Positions 9,717 to 18,756 of a DNA stretch of 64,000 bases are shown here, in pieces (the stretch's first letter is position 1; each line of letters opens with the position of its first letter). Both the position numbers and the translations under genes were made by a program. The notes below the pieces were generated by a model that was not told where the DNA came from, did not search any database, and saw nothing but the letters and a program-made list of their open reading frames with translations. The stretch comes from Spirochaetota bacterium (GTDB taxonomy: Bacteria; Spirochaetota; B62-G9; DRHN01). The DNA lies in contig JAFGTF010000145.1 in assembly GCA_016934265.1 (NCBI GenBank), forward strand, positions 5,643-69,642. Direction: 5' to 3'.

Positions 9717-10703
9717 TCACAACCCGGGGAACAGGTCCTTGAGCCTCACTCCCGTCATCGTGGCCAGCCCTATCTGGGAATAGCCTTCCACGTCGAAAGA
9801 CGAGTCGCGTTTGACGCCGTGCCCGTATCCCTCGTACCACATGTAGTACGTATCCTTTACCCTGACGAATGTGGAGTACCAGAGCCCTCCTTCGTCCCAG
9901 GCGCCGTCCTCACCCCTCGGATATATCGGATTTTTAGAGTATTTCGTCCAATGGATCAGGTCTCTCGACGCCGCCAGCCACAGATTTTTCGAATAATCGT
10001 AATGGGTATCGTCGCCCGCATATATCATGAAGTAGATACCGTCCTCGAACAGAATCCTGGGAGTGGTGTGATAGACGTCCCACTCTCCGGGTGGGAGGAC
10101 GGGCTCGGTACCGTACTCTTCGAAATGATATCCATCTTCGGATATCGCGAGATGAATATGGAATGGGCCGTTGATGAAATACCCGCGGTGCTCGCTTTTG
10201 AGATAGATGAGATAGAACTTCCCGTCTTTGAATATCATCTCCGGAGATCTTCCGACGAAAACGGGGTTCTTGTCGTACTTCGTGAAATGATATCCGTCGG
10301 AGGATACGGCGAGCCCGATGGAATCCGGATGCTTGCCTTCCTGCCTCGTGCCCGATATTCCGGTATAGTAGAGCATGATTTTTCCGTCTTTATCCAAGGC
10401 CGCCGGGTCCAGTACGTATTTGCAATCGAAAGATCCGGGCGGTCCGACGTCGATAACGGGATTATTCTTGTAATCGTCGAAATGTTTCCCGTCGAATTTG
10501 TCCTTTTTAACCGTCATCACTCCTATTCGGTCTTTTCCGTCGGTTCCCTGTCCTCTGTAATAGAGAAAGTAGGTATCCCCGATCAGCAATAGATCCGGAT
10601 TGGCGGTCCATGCGTGTTTCCATGTGCCGCGAACGACAGGGAAAACCGGGTTGCCGGGGTCTCGTTTCCAGGGCAAATAGTCATGATCATTTTTTACGCT
10701 CAT
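9717..10703 (-). CDS. glycoside hydrolase, 5-bladed beta-propeller type (GH130/GH43-like)
   Basis: Repeated DG-x-Y/F-x-hydrophobic-Y blades (GDTYFLYYRG, DGKIMLYYTG, DGKFYLIYL, DGIYFMIYAG), typical of GH43/GH130/DUF377 propellers. Confidence 0.55.
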   Translation of the reverse strand: MSVKNDHDYLPWKRDPGNPVFPVVRGTWKHAWTANPDLLLIGDTYFLYYRGQGTDGKDRIGVMTVKKDKFDGKHFDDYKNNPVIDVGPPGSFDCKYVLDPAALDKDGKIMLYYTGISGTRQEGKHPDSIGLAVSSDGYHFTKYDKNPVFVGRSPEMIFKDGKFYLIYLKSEHRGYFINGPFHIHLAISEDGYHFEEYGTEPVLPPGEWDVYHTTPRILFEDGIYFMIYAGDDTHYDYSKNLWLAASRDLIHWTKYSKNPIYPRGEDGAWDEGGLWYSTFVRVKDTYYMWYEGYGHGVKRDSSFDVEGYSQIGLATMTGVRLKDLFPGL

Positions 10704-11198
10704 TTCAAACCCCCTCGTTAAAGTTGAATTACAACTATTCTACAGAATAACTTTTTAATGTCAATACAATTAAGTGATTGTTTTGGTGATTGCTTACCAA
10801 TAGCGGCACGAGCCGTCACTGGCACGTGTCCCTCAGTGAATTCGAAGATGATTTCAGGATTCACAATCGGGCCTTCAGCTTCCGTATTTAGTGAAAACGT
10901 AAGAATCCTCTCATCGTCCTCGATCGTGCAAATTTCCGTCTTTGATTCATAAAAGCCATACGACACGGGTCTTGCTCTTTGGCTTCGCAGTATGCGTGTC
11001 GGCCCGGGCGGCGGGAAACAACGGCGGGTTCAGCCTCAAGCGGCGGTATTCTCTCGGGATAAACATGAAAATAAGCTTGAAGGAAGTCATTGATGAATGT
11101 ATAAAGACTGTAAGGAAATGGTTTCCCGTTACACGCAGTCGCAAACTGCTGTTTTCAATACGGGATGGATATGAAACAAGGAATATACGGATACCGAT

Positions 11199-12071
11199 AT
11201 GAGCCGGAAACAAGAGACGAATTTTGAAAAAAAGCCGCCCCTTATTTTTCGTATCAAGGAGAAAAATACGATCAGGAAAGCTGCTAAGGTCTCAAAGAGT
11301 ATCTTCAGCCTTTTAAACAAGGAATACTTGAACCGGATCATTCTCGCAAACTGCTCGTTCTCCGAAGGCCATGGGGCCCGGGCTAATTATCTCGGGCTGG
11401 GAATGCTGTATTACAGCTTCGTGCATTTATTGAAGGCAAAGGTCGCCGTCTGTCTGGGGTCAGGGGGAGGGTTCGTCCCGCGTATAATGAGGCAGGCCCA
11501 GAGAGACCTCGATATCGAGAAATGCTCGAGAACGATTGTGATAGATGCTGACAAGCCGGAATTGCGGTATGGCAATCCCGATTATCTGCATGAAGGGTCT
11601 TTTCTCAGGACGTTATTTCCGCACATCGAGATCATTGTCAAGCCGACGAAAGAGGGGGCTTGTTATTTTGTGGAAAACGGTATAAAGATCGATTATCTCC
11701 ATATCGATGCTGACCATTCTTACAGCGGCTCTTTGTCCGATTACCAGGCGTACAGGCCCCTCATGGCCGATAATTTCATAATAACGCTCCATGATACCAA
11801 TCTCGAGGGAGTGGCTAAGGCCGTCGAGCATATTCGTAATAAGGAAGATCTCGAGGTAATGGATTTCAACTATCTTTGGGGGGGGCTGGCCATTGTGAAG
11901 CCTAAAACGGCCCCCGATATTCCGATATCCCCTCAAGACTCTTTCCCGGTGAGTATTGATCAAAGCAGGCGTTTTATAATTTTTTTACTGAAGAAACACG
12001 CACCGAAGCTGTATGACAAGCTGAAAGAAATTGATGAGTCTATAAGGCGGGATGAGAGCTCAATGGTCTGA
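11199..12071 (+). CDS. class I SAM-dependent methyltransferase (TylF/CmcI-like)
   Basis: The HIDADHSYSG motif and the preceding Gly-rich segment are typical of the macrocin O-methyltransferase/CmcI family. Lies in the AT-richer segment. Confidence 0.55.
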   Translation: MSRKQETNFEKKPPLIFRIKEKNTIRKAAKVSKSIFSLLNKEYLNRIILANCSFSEGHGARANYLGLGMLYYSFVHLLKAKVAVCLGSGGGFVPRIMRQAQRDLDIEKCSRTIVIDADKPELRYGNPDYLHEGSFLRTLFPHIEIIVKPTKEGACYFVENGIKIDYLHIDADHSYSGSLSDYQAYRPLMADNFIITLHDTNLEGVAKAVEHIRNKEDLEVMDFNYLWGGLAIVKPKTAPDIPISPQDSFPVSIDQSRRFIIFLLKKHAPKLYDKLKEIDESIRRDESSMV

Positions 12072-12152
12072 CCGTCACGGACTCTGTTCGCAGGTACTGC
12101 CGTTACGGTGTATCGTTCACTCGATGCCTGTAGATTTCACACAATCGGTGAT

Positions 12153-13064
12153 TCAAAGCGGTTTTTCAGCTTCGTCTTGTTGTTCTGTTGCGATGGCTGT
12201 ATGATATCCTTCCTTTGGGCTATTATACAGTCTGTATTTTATCTTGTAGGCTATTGGGAGAAAACTCTTGGGGAGCATTCTCATCAATGAAGAGATGATG
12301 CTGAAGGGAAAGAGCAGAGGATACCTGTAGACAGGTACCAGTTTCAATGCGTAGAGCTTATTCAGAATGTCACTGAGAGCCTTCTCGACTCCTCTCCTGC
12401 GGATATAGAAATCCGGTCCCCTCCTGAAAAAAAGAAGTTTTTCGTCCATGTTCTCGATCTTGTATTCCTGCCGCAGCAGAGTAATACAGAGTCTGTAGTC
12501 TTCACCGAAATGGAAGCGTTCGTCATAGTGTATGTTCTTCAGCACTTCGGATCTGGCAAATATGGTCGGTCCGTTTACCGGAGAAAAAAGAGGGGCCGTC
12601 TTTTTCACATCCGCATGCCGTAACGTCATGTTTTTTTCCCCTACGACAGCACCTTTTTCGTCTATCTCGTAGTATGCCGAGCCTATCAGGTCGGCTTTGC
12701 TTTTTTGGATATATATAAGCTGCTTCTTCAACCTGTCCGTAACCGATATGTCATCGGCATCCATTACAGCTATATAATCGCCTTTCGCTTGTGAGATCCC
12801 CACGTTTCGCGCACCTGAAGGACCGATACTACTGACCGAAGAAAGAATACGGATTCTTTTGTCTTTGCTTTTTGCTCCGTCGAGGTATTCATTCTTTTCA
12901 AAATCGAGCTCACCGTCGGTTATTATCAAGAATTCGAGATTGCGATGGCTCTGATGAAGAATGCTTTCAACGGCTTCGGTGAGGAACCCGGGTGAATCCT
13001 CCCGGTTTGTCGCCATGATGACGCTTATCAGCGGGTCTGGGATGTCGGTATCAGGCTTCGTCAT
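12153..13064 (-). CDS. glycosyltransferase family 2
   Basis: ISVIMATNRED, a DAD-like acidic motif (MDADDIS) and the overall GT2 pattern. The start is uncertain: ATG at 13064 is preferred (12 aa before ISVIM), with alternative ATG at 13118 and TTG at 13133. Confidence 0.7.
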   Translation of the reverse strand: MTKPDTDIPDPLISVIMATNREDSPGFLTEAVESILHQSHRNLEFLIITDGELDFEKNEYLDGAKSKDKRIRILSSVSSIGPSGARNVGISQAKGDYIAVMDADDISVTDRLKKQLIYIQKSKADLIGSAYYEIDEKGAVVGEKNMTLRHADVKKTAPLFSPVNGPTIFARSEVLKNIHYDERFHFGEDYRLCITLLRQEYKIENMDEKLLFFRRGPDFYIRRRGVEKALSDILNKLYALKLVPVYRYPLLFPFSIISSLMRMLPKSFLPIAYKIKYRLYNSPKEGYHTAIATEQQDEAEKPL

Positions 13065-13478
13065 AGTATGTTCGATACGTGAACGGCGGCCTTTTCCCGG
13101 TCCGCCCTGTCCTTTCATACGTTCTGCCGGCAAACGGCATGTGAAATGGGCCTGATATGAAAATCATTCTCCCGGGCCGTCGGCACCCCAAAACCGCCTT
13201 TTCGAGCCATGGAGGATTTATTCAGCGGTTCATCCGGCGATTTCGTGACCTGGCCTTTCCGCGACACCCTGAAAAATTATTATACTATTAGCGAATGTTC
13301 ATGTCACGCAGTTTAAACGGGCAGCTTTTTCATCGAGCTGTTATTTGTTGTGGATATAGTATGGTTTTATGGTATTATACCGGTATCAATCCGGTCTTGC
13401 AGCATGTTTTGTACCGCTCTATTGTTATGAATTCTGCAATTTCGTTTTGAAATATGAAGACGGTGTGTAAAGTACTGT

Positions 13479-15068
13479 ATGTCGTTACTTACAAAGATCC
13501 TAAAGTACTGGCGGTTTGCCTCGGGGCTCAGGGGCTTTCTCGGTGAGAAGCTGAGCGCAAAGCGGTGTTATGAGATAATCAAAAAAAGTCAAAAGAACAG
13601 GGAGCAGAGCTTCTTAGACGTGGTACGGAAGGCCGTATATGGGAATAAAAAAAGCCCCTACCTGAAGCTGCTTCGGCTTGCACGGCTCGGATACGACGAT
13701 TTGGAACGAATGGTACACTCTGAGGGCATCGAATCGGCGCTCCATATGCTGAGGGATAAAGGCGTCTATATCGGCAGCGAGGAGTTCAAGTGCAAGAAGA
13801 GCGTGGTCAGGGACGGCAAGGTCTTTACCTTCAAAGAGAGCGACTTCAATAATCCCCTGATTGCAAGCAACCTCGAATACAAGACGGGGGCAAGCCGGAG
13901 CAGCGGCACGAAGGTCACGATGAATTTCGCCCGGTACGAACGGTATGCCGCCTATAACCGGATTGCAGCCGATGCGCACGGCGTTTCGGACAGCCCGGTG
14001 ATACTCTGGCTGCCGATTCTGCCTTCGGCGGCGTGTCTTGTAACCCTGCTCCGCCTGACGAAGATCGGCAATACGCCGGTACGGTGGTTTTCCCAGATTA
14101 CCGCGGAGAAAGTGAAGCCCGCTGTCGCCAAGCGGCTTGCGATGCTCTATTTTGTTTTCGCCGGAAGGCTCTTCGGCGCCTCCTTCCCGAGACCGGAGTA
14201 TGTCGGCCCGGACAGAAGTTACAGGGTCTGTGAATACATAGCGGAGGTACTGAAAAAGGGGCATGGCTGTGTAATAGAGACGTATACGAGCTCCGCTGTC
14301 AGGGCATGCCAGGCGGCGAGGGAGCGGAATATCGATATCTCCGGTGCGACGTTTTTCGTCGCGGGAGAACCGCTTACCGAAGCGAAGCACGGGGAAATAC
14401 TCGATGCCGGTGCCCGCGCGGTCAACATGTACGCAGGAGTCGATATCGGGCTCATCGGTTACAGCTGCGCTGCGGCTGAAGCTTCGGGCGAGGTGCATGC
14501 CTTGACCGACCGCCAGGCCGTAATCCAGCACACCCGAAGGGCCCCTTTCGGCGGAGAGGAGATCGATGCGTTTCTCTTTACCTCTCTGTGCCCCACGTCG
14601 GCAAAAATATTGCTCAATGTGGAAAGCGGCGATTACGGAACCATCAGAAAAAGGAACTGCGGCTGCGGGCTCGGGAAGCTCGGCTTTGATAGCCATATCT
14701 ATGACATCAGGGGGTTCGACAAGCTAACGGGGGAGGGGATGACCTTTATCGGTACCGATCTGCTCAGGATCGTCGAGGAGGTGCTGCCCTCCGTATTCGG
14801 AGGCTCGTCCATCGACTACCAGATGGTCGAGGAGGAGGACGGGGCCGGCCGTACCTGCATGAGCGTGATCGTAAATCCGGATATAACCCCACTGGACGAA
14901 AAAGAGCTCATCAGGATCATTATGCTCGAATTGCGAAAGGGCGGGGACACGCGCCGGATGATGGCCGAGATGTGGTTCCAGGCGGGGACGCTGAAGGTGG
15001 TTCGGAGACGGCCATATATCACCGATGCGGGCAAGTTTCTGCCCCTTTACATCAGAAGAAACGTCTGA
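13479..15068 (+). CDS. hypothetical protein, possibly adenylate-forming (PaaK/CapK-like) enzyme
   Basis: 529 aa. The GASRSSGTKVT segment resembles a degenerate AMP-binding core motif. Its context next to GT2 and methyltransferase genes is like that of capsular CapK proteins. Weak call. Confidence 0.3.
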   Translation: MSLLTKILKYWRFASGLRGFLGEKLSAKRCYEIIKKSQKNREQSFLDVVRKAVYGNKKSPYLKLLRLARLGYDDLERMVHSEGIESALHMLRDKGVYIGSEEFKCKKSVVRDGKVFTFKESDFNNPLIASNLEYKTGASRSSGTKVTMNFARYERYAAYNRIAADAHGVSDSPVILWLPILPSAACLVTLLRLTKIGNTPVRWFSQITAEKVKPAVAKRLAMLYFVFAGRLFGASFPRPEYVGPDRSYRVCEYIAEVLKKGHGCVIETYTSSAVRACQAARERNIDISGATFFVAGEPLTEAKHGEILDAGARAVNMYAGVDIGLIGYSCAAAEASGEVHALTDRQAVIQHTRRAPFGGEEIDAFLFTSLCPTSAKILLNVESGDYGTIRKRNCGCGLGKLGFDSHIYDIRGFDKLTGEGMTFIGTDLLRIVEEVLPSVFGGSSIDYQMVEEEDGAGRTCMSVIVNPDITPLDEKELIRIIMLELRKGGDTRRMMAEMWFQAGTLKVVRRRPYITDAGKFLPLYIRRNV

Positions 15069-15239
15069 ATATAGAATGCCGGGAGATCGTACCGCCCCCC
15101 AAACCGCCGGGAGGCGGAGCAGGGGGAGTACCGCAGGCTGTTCTCTTTCTATTTCACTGCGGGGCGGGCTCCTTCGGAACCGTAACCGGAAGCAATCCGG
15201 AAGACGCATATGAATGTAGACAAAAGGAGAGATCGGACA

Positions 15240-16274
15240 ATGAGGAAAAAAAGCCTGAAAAAAGTTTTAGTCGCGGCGTCGCTTTTAGCGATGCTTTCAT
15301 TTTTTCCTGTTTTCACAGGTTATTCCCAGACCGTCCGGAACCCGTATACGATAGAGATATACGGCGGCAAGGCGGGAATGACATCCTATACGGCGGCAAT
15401 AGCCCTGGCAGAGCTGATAAACAAAAACAGCTTGTGGCTGAAAGCCACTGCGATAGAATCGATAAGCATAACGGCGAACTTCATGCTCCTTATGAATGAG
15501 CCTGCACGGAGGCCCGATACCCTCATAGTAAGCATGGTTTCATTCCACTGGCTCGCCAGCAGGGGTAAAGAGCCGTTTACCACACGATACGACGGGCTCC
15601 GCTTCATAGCCACCATGGGATATCACATGCAGGGGTTCATAACGCTTGATCCTGCATTAAAGACCGTTCGCGAATTTGCGGGGAAAAGGGTATCGATAGG
15701 CGACAGGTCTTCGGTGTCCAGGGTGGAGATTATGAAAGCGGTGTTGCGGTCGGCCGGCGTGCTGGATAAAGTGAAGCTCGAGTACCTGAGCGCACCCGGG
15801 GGCGTGAACGCCCTGAGGGACGGGCTGATAGACGCCACTCTCGGCTCCGCCACCCTGGTGCGTCCGCCTGGAAAGTACGCCCTTCCGTCCTACCTGACCG
15901 AGATCACGTCGACGAGGGACGTATACTACGTCTCTATGGACAAAGCCGATATCAGGTTCATGAACGACCTTATGGGGCCCCTCGAGACTGCGCATACCGT
16001 GCCTGCAGGAAGCCTGGGGGAGACCCAGACCGCGCCCTGGACGGGGCTGGGCAAAGCGATGGGTTGGGCGGCGGACAAGGATATGCCGGACGAGGTGGTA
16101 TACGAGATATGCCGCATCATCCATGAGAATGCCGACGAGTTTGCCGCGTACAGCCCGTCGCTGGCATTTGTCAACAGCGACACAATGGCCAAGTGGGACA
16201 CCGCCAGGGAAAATATTCACACAGGCGCGTTGAAATTCTTCGCCGAGCACGACATAGTGCTCGGCAGGTTCTAG
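15240..16274 (+). CDS. TAXI family TRAP transporter solute-binding subunit
   Basis: Signal peptide MRKKSLKKVLVAASLLAML, about 340 aa, TAXI-like sequence, and immediately followed by a fused TRAP permease. ATG at 15240 with an AAAGGAGAG RBS. Confidence 0.7.
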   Translation: MRKKSLKKVLVAASLLAMLSFFPVFTGYSQTVRNPYTIEIYGGKAGMTSYTAAIALAELINKNSLWLKATAIESISITANFMLLMNEPARRPDTLIVSMVSFHWLASRGKEPFTTRYDGLRFIATMGYHMQGFITLDPALKTVREFAGKRVSIGDRSSVSRVEIMKAVLRSAGVLDKVKLEYLSAPGGVNALRDGLIDATLGSATLVRPPGKYALPSYLTEITSTRDVYYVSMDKADIRFMNDLMGPLETAHTVPAGSLGETQTAPWTGLGKAMGWAADKDMPDEVVYEICRIIHENADEFAAYSPSLAFVNSDTMAKWDTARENIHTGALKFFAEHDIVLGRF

Positions 16275-16286
16275 CGCTTTTAATCG

Positions 16287-18203
16287 ATGCAGGACGAGAT
16301 GGGAAAAGTCGCTTTTGGAAAACTACGCATACTTACGGCCTCCGTGGCGTTGTGTATGGCGCTCTACCATATGGTTTCCACTCAGGTGCTGCTGCAGGGG
16401 ACGGTAGAGCACAACACCACGCACCTGGGTTTCGCCCTGGTCCTGGTTTTTCTGACTGCGCTCGAAGGACGGGGTAAAAGATCACGGCGAATATACCTGA
16501 CGGTGCTGGTACTGTGCTCGATAGTAGTGCTGGGATACATACGGGTTTTTTCGAGAGAGCTGCAGCTTCGTGCCTGGTTCAATACGGTACCGGACCTGAT
16601 AATCGGTGCCGCGCTGGTCCTGCTCGTGCTGGAAGCGACTAGACAGACTTTCGGTTGGCTCGTGCCCCTTTTAGCCGTTTTGGTCGTCATATATCCCTTT
16701 TTCGGAAGCCTTCTGCCCGAGCCCTTCCATACCACATCCTACGGGCTTAAAAGGACCATCTCCAATCTGTCCGTCAGCCTGAACAACGGCATCTACGGAG
16801 AGGTGCTGTCTGTATCGGCCAACTTTATCTTCCTTTTCGTGGTCTTCGGAGGGGTGCTCCAGGCGACGGGCGCAACGAAGTTTTTCATAGAGCTTGGAAA
16901 GCTGATCGGCAGGGGATTGCGGGGAGGCCCGGGATTGACGGCGGTGGTCTCCAGCGCGGCGGTAGGATCGGTCACGGGAAACATAGCCGCGAACATCACC
17001 ATTACCGGTTCTTTCACCATACCGTTGATGAAGAAAACCGGCTACACGCCGGAGCAGGCCGCAGCGATAGAAGCCGCGGCTTCCAATGGAGGCCAGATCA
17101 TGCCGCCGGTAATGGGCATAGTCGCATTCGGCATGGCGGGTATGACCGGTATACCCTACGTCCGGATTATGGCCATGGCGGTAGTGCCCGCGTTTCTGTA
17201 TTTTTATTGCGTCGGGACATACGTGCAGCTCAATGCCAGGAAGCTCGGCCTAAAACGTTACTCAGAAGAGGTCGACCTGAAGGCGATGCTGTCTGCGGCG
17301 CCGCGGTTTCTCGTTCCGCTCGGCGTCATCGTGGCGATGCTCGTCAAGGGATACACGGTATGGTATGTTGCCTTCTGGGCGATCGTGAGCGCGGTGCTCG
17401 CAAGTCTTTCGGTGTGCGTGTTAAAAAGGGAGAAACCGCCTCCGGTTTCGGAATATCTGGAAGGGTTTGTCAAGGGAGCGAAATCCGGCGCGCAGATCGC
17501 CGCCATGAGCGGGTGCATCGGACTGATCCTTGCCACCATTACCATGAGCGGCCTGGGGGTGAAGCTGTCGTCCGGCATCGAAGTATGGAGCGGGGGCCGT
17601 CTGCTGCCTGCGCTTTGTATTGTTGGCGGTATATGCGTGTTCATGGGCATGGGAGGACCTTCTTTGACCGCCTATATTATCGCCTCACTGTTTGCTGTTC
17701 CTGCCCTTATGACTATGGGGGTAGGCTTCGAACAGGCGCATTTTTTCACTATGTTCGCAACCATTTTCGCCTACCTGACCCCGCCTGTGGCCATAGGGGC
17801 GGTGATCGCCTCAAAGCTTGCGGGCGGCGGATATACTAAGACCGCAGTGGAGGCGGTGAAGGCAGCAGCAGCAGGATTTCTGCTTCCGCTGCTGTTCATT
17901 TATTGCCCCGTCCTGCTGCTTCTACCGCAGAGGCCTATAGCCGCCGCTGCCGGGGTCTCTGCCGGCATGCTGATGCTTTTTTCGCTGCAGGTGGCGCTGA
18001 CAGGCTATTTCCTGACAGAGTGCCGCTTTACGGACAGAGTCTTGGCGCTGCTGTCGTTTGTGTTTTTTCTGATTTATTTTCCACTGCAGCGCTATATTCT
18101 ATTTGCTTCAGGTGTTATCATTTTCATTATCCTGATCTTCCGGCAGGTTCAGGCGGTTCGGAAAGGCCGGCACCTTCTTTCGAAGGATAATGCGGGCGCG
18201 TAA
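16287..18203 (+). CDS. TRAP transporter fused permease subunit (DctQ-DctM fusion, TAXI-associated)
   Basis: 638-aa polytopic membrane protein with many hydrophobic helices, located directly downstream of the TAXI receptor gene. Confidence 0.8.
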   Translation: MQDEMGKVAFGKLRILTASVALCMALYHMVSTQVLLQGTVEHNTTHLGFALVLVFLTALEGRGKRSRRIYLTVLVLCSIVVLGYIRVFSRELQLRAWFNTVPDLIIGAALVLLVLEATRQTFGWLVPLLAVLVVIYPFFGSLLPEPFHTTSYGLKRTISNLSVSLNNGIYGEVLSVSANFIFLFVVFGGVLQATGATKFFIELGKLIGRGLRGGPGLTAVVSSAAVGSVTGNIAANITITGSFTIPLMKKTGYTPEQAAAIEAAASNGGQIMPPVMGIVAFGMAGMTGIPYVRIMAMAVVPAFLYFYCVGTYVQLNARKLGLKRYSEEVDLKAMLSAAPRFLVPLGVIVAMLVKGYTVWYVAFWAIVSAVLASLSVCVLKREKPPPVSEYLEGFVKGAKSGAQIAAMSGCIGLILATITMSGLGVKLSSGIEVWSGGRLLPALCIVGGICVFMGMGGPSLTAYIIASLFAVPALMTMGVGFEQAHFFTMFATIFAYLTPPVAIGAVIASKLAGGGYTKTAVEAVKAAAAGFLLPLLFIYCPVLLLLPQRPIAAAAGVSAGMLMLFSLQVALTGYFLTECRFTDRVLALLSFVFFLIYFPLQRYILFASGVIIFIILIFRQVQAVRKGRHLLSKDNAGA

Positions 18204-18351
18204 AGGCGCGTAAAAAAGAAGTTCTTCTCCGATTTAAGTGCAATAATTCAATGAAAATTACTTGCTACCTATAAGCATTACCGTGAGTCATATCGATCTC
18301 TTCCTGCATGATATCTCGCATAGTATTGAACAAACGTTATGGGTGTCATTT

Positions 18352-18384
18352 GCTTTTGAAAACTCCTACGGAGTTTTCAAAAGC
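18352..18384. promoter_or_regulatory. 33-bp near-perfect palindrome (two 15-bp arms, 3-nt spacer) in the katA leader
   Basis: GCTTTTGAAAACTCC-tac-GGAGTTTTCAAAAGC read directly from the sequence. No T-run follows on either strand, so it is more operator-like than terminator-like. Confidence 0.35.
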
Positions 18385-18720
18385 AATCTAAAAAAAGGAC
18401 AATGAATGACTGTAGTAAGAGATTACTTCGTCGATTGAGGCATAAAGCCTCGATTTGAGCCATAGGCGACTTTTGCCTTCTGTAGTAAAGACAACATCGG
18501 ATGAGGTTGTCTTTCACCTCGTAATGACACAGTATGATCAATACGTCCATATTTACTGCAACTAATTTGGAGATGAACCAAAAAAGAAGACGGTCCCTAT
18601 TTTCTGGAAGGCACGGGCTGTGCAGGTAATCCGCCGTAGGCCGGGTCTTCCCTTTTTCAATGCTTTCATTACTCGATATGCCGGAAGCAAAATCTCAATT
18701 GCCTCTCGCTCAAAAGCAGG

Positions 18721-18739
18721 TTATAGTCATAGTTTATAA
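18721..18739. promoter_or_regulatory. AT-rich partial palindrome overlapping the katA RBS and -10 region (candidate Fur-family/PerR-like box)
   Basis: TTATAGTCATAGTTTATAA lies immediately 5' of the AAAAGGAGG RBS and the ATG at 18757. It resembles the 7-1-7 TTATAAT-n-ATTATAA PerR box but is imperfect. Confidence 0.25.
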
Positions 18740-18756
18740 GAAAAGGAGGACCGATT

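Noticed and set aside
10718-11202. Short ORFs (82-88 aa, both strands) in the 500-bp AT-rich gap
   Set aside because: They have no RBS, no recognisable motif and overlap each other on opposite strands. More likely non-coding or a decayed remnant. Kept only as part of the islet finding.
13614-14696. 360-aa minus-strand ORF inside the 529-aa + strand gene
   Set aside because: It is Arg/Pro/Gly-rich and low-complexity, as expected for a reverse-frame shadow. It has no RBS or motif.
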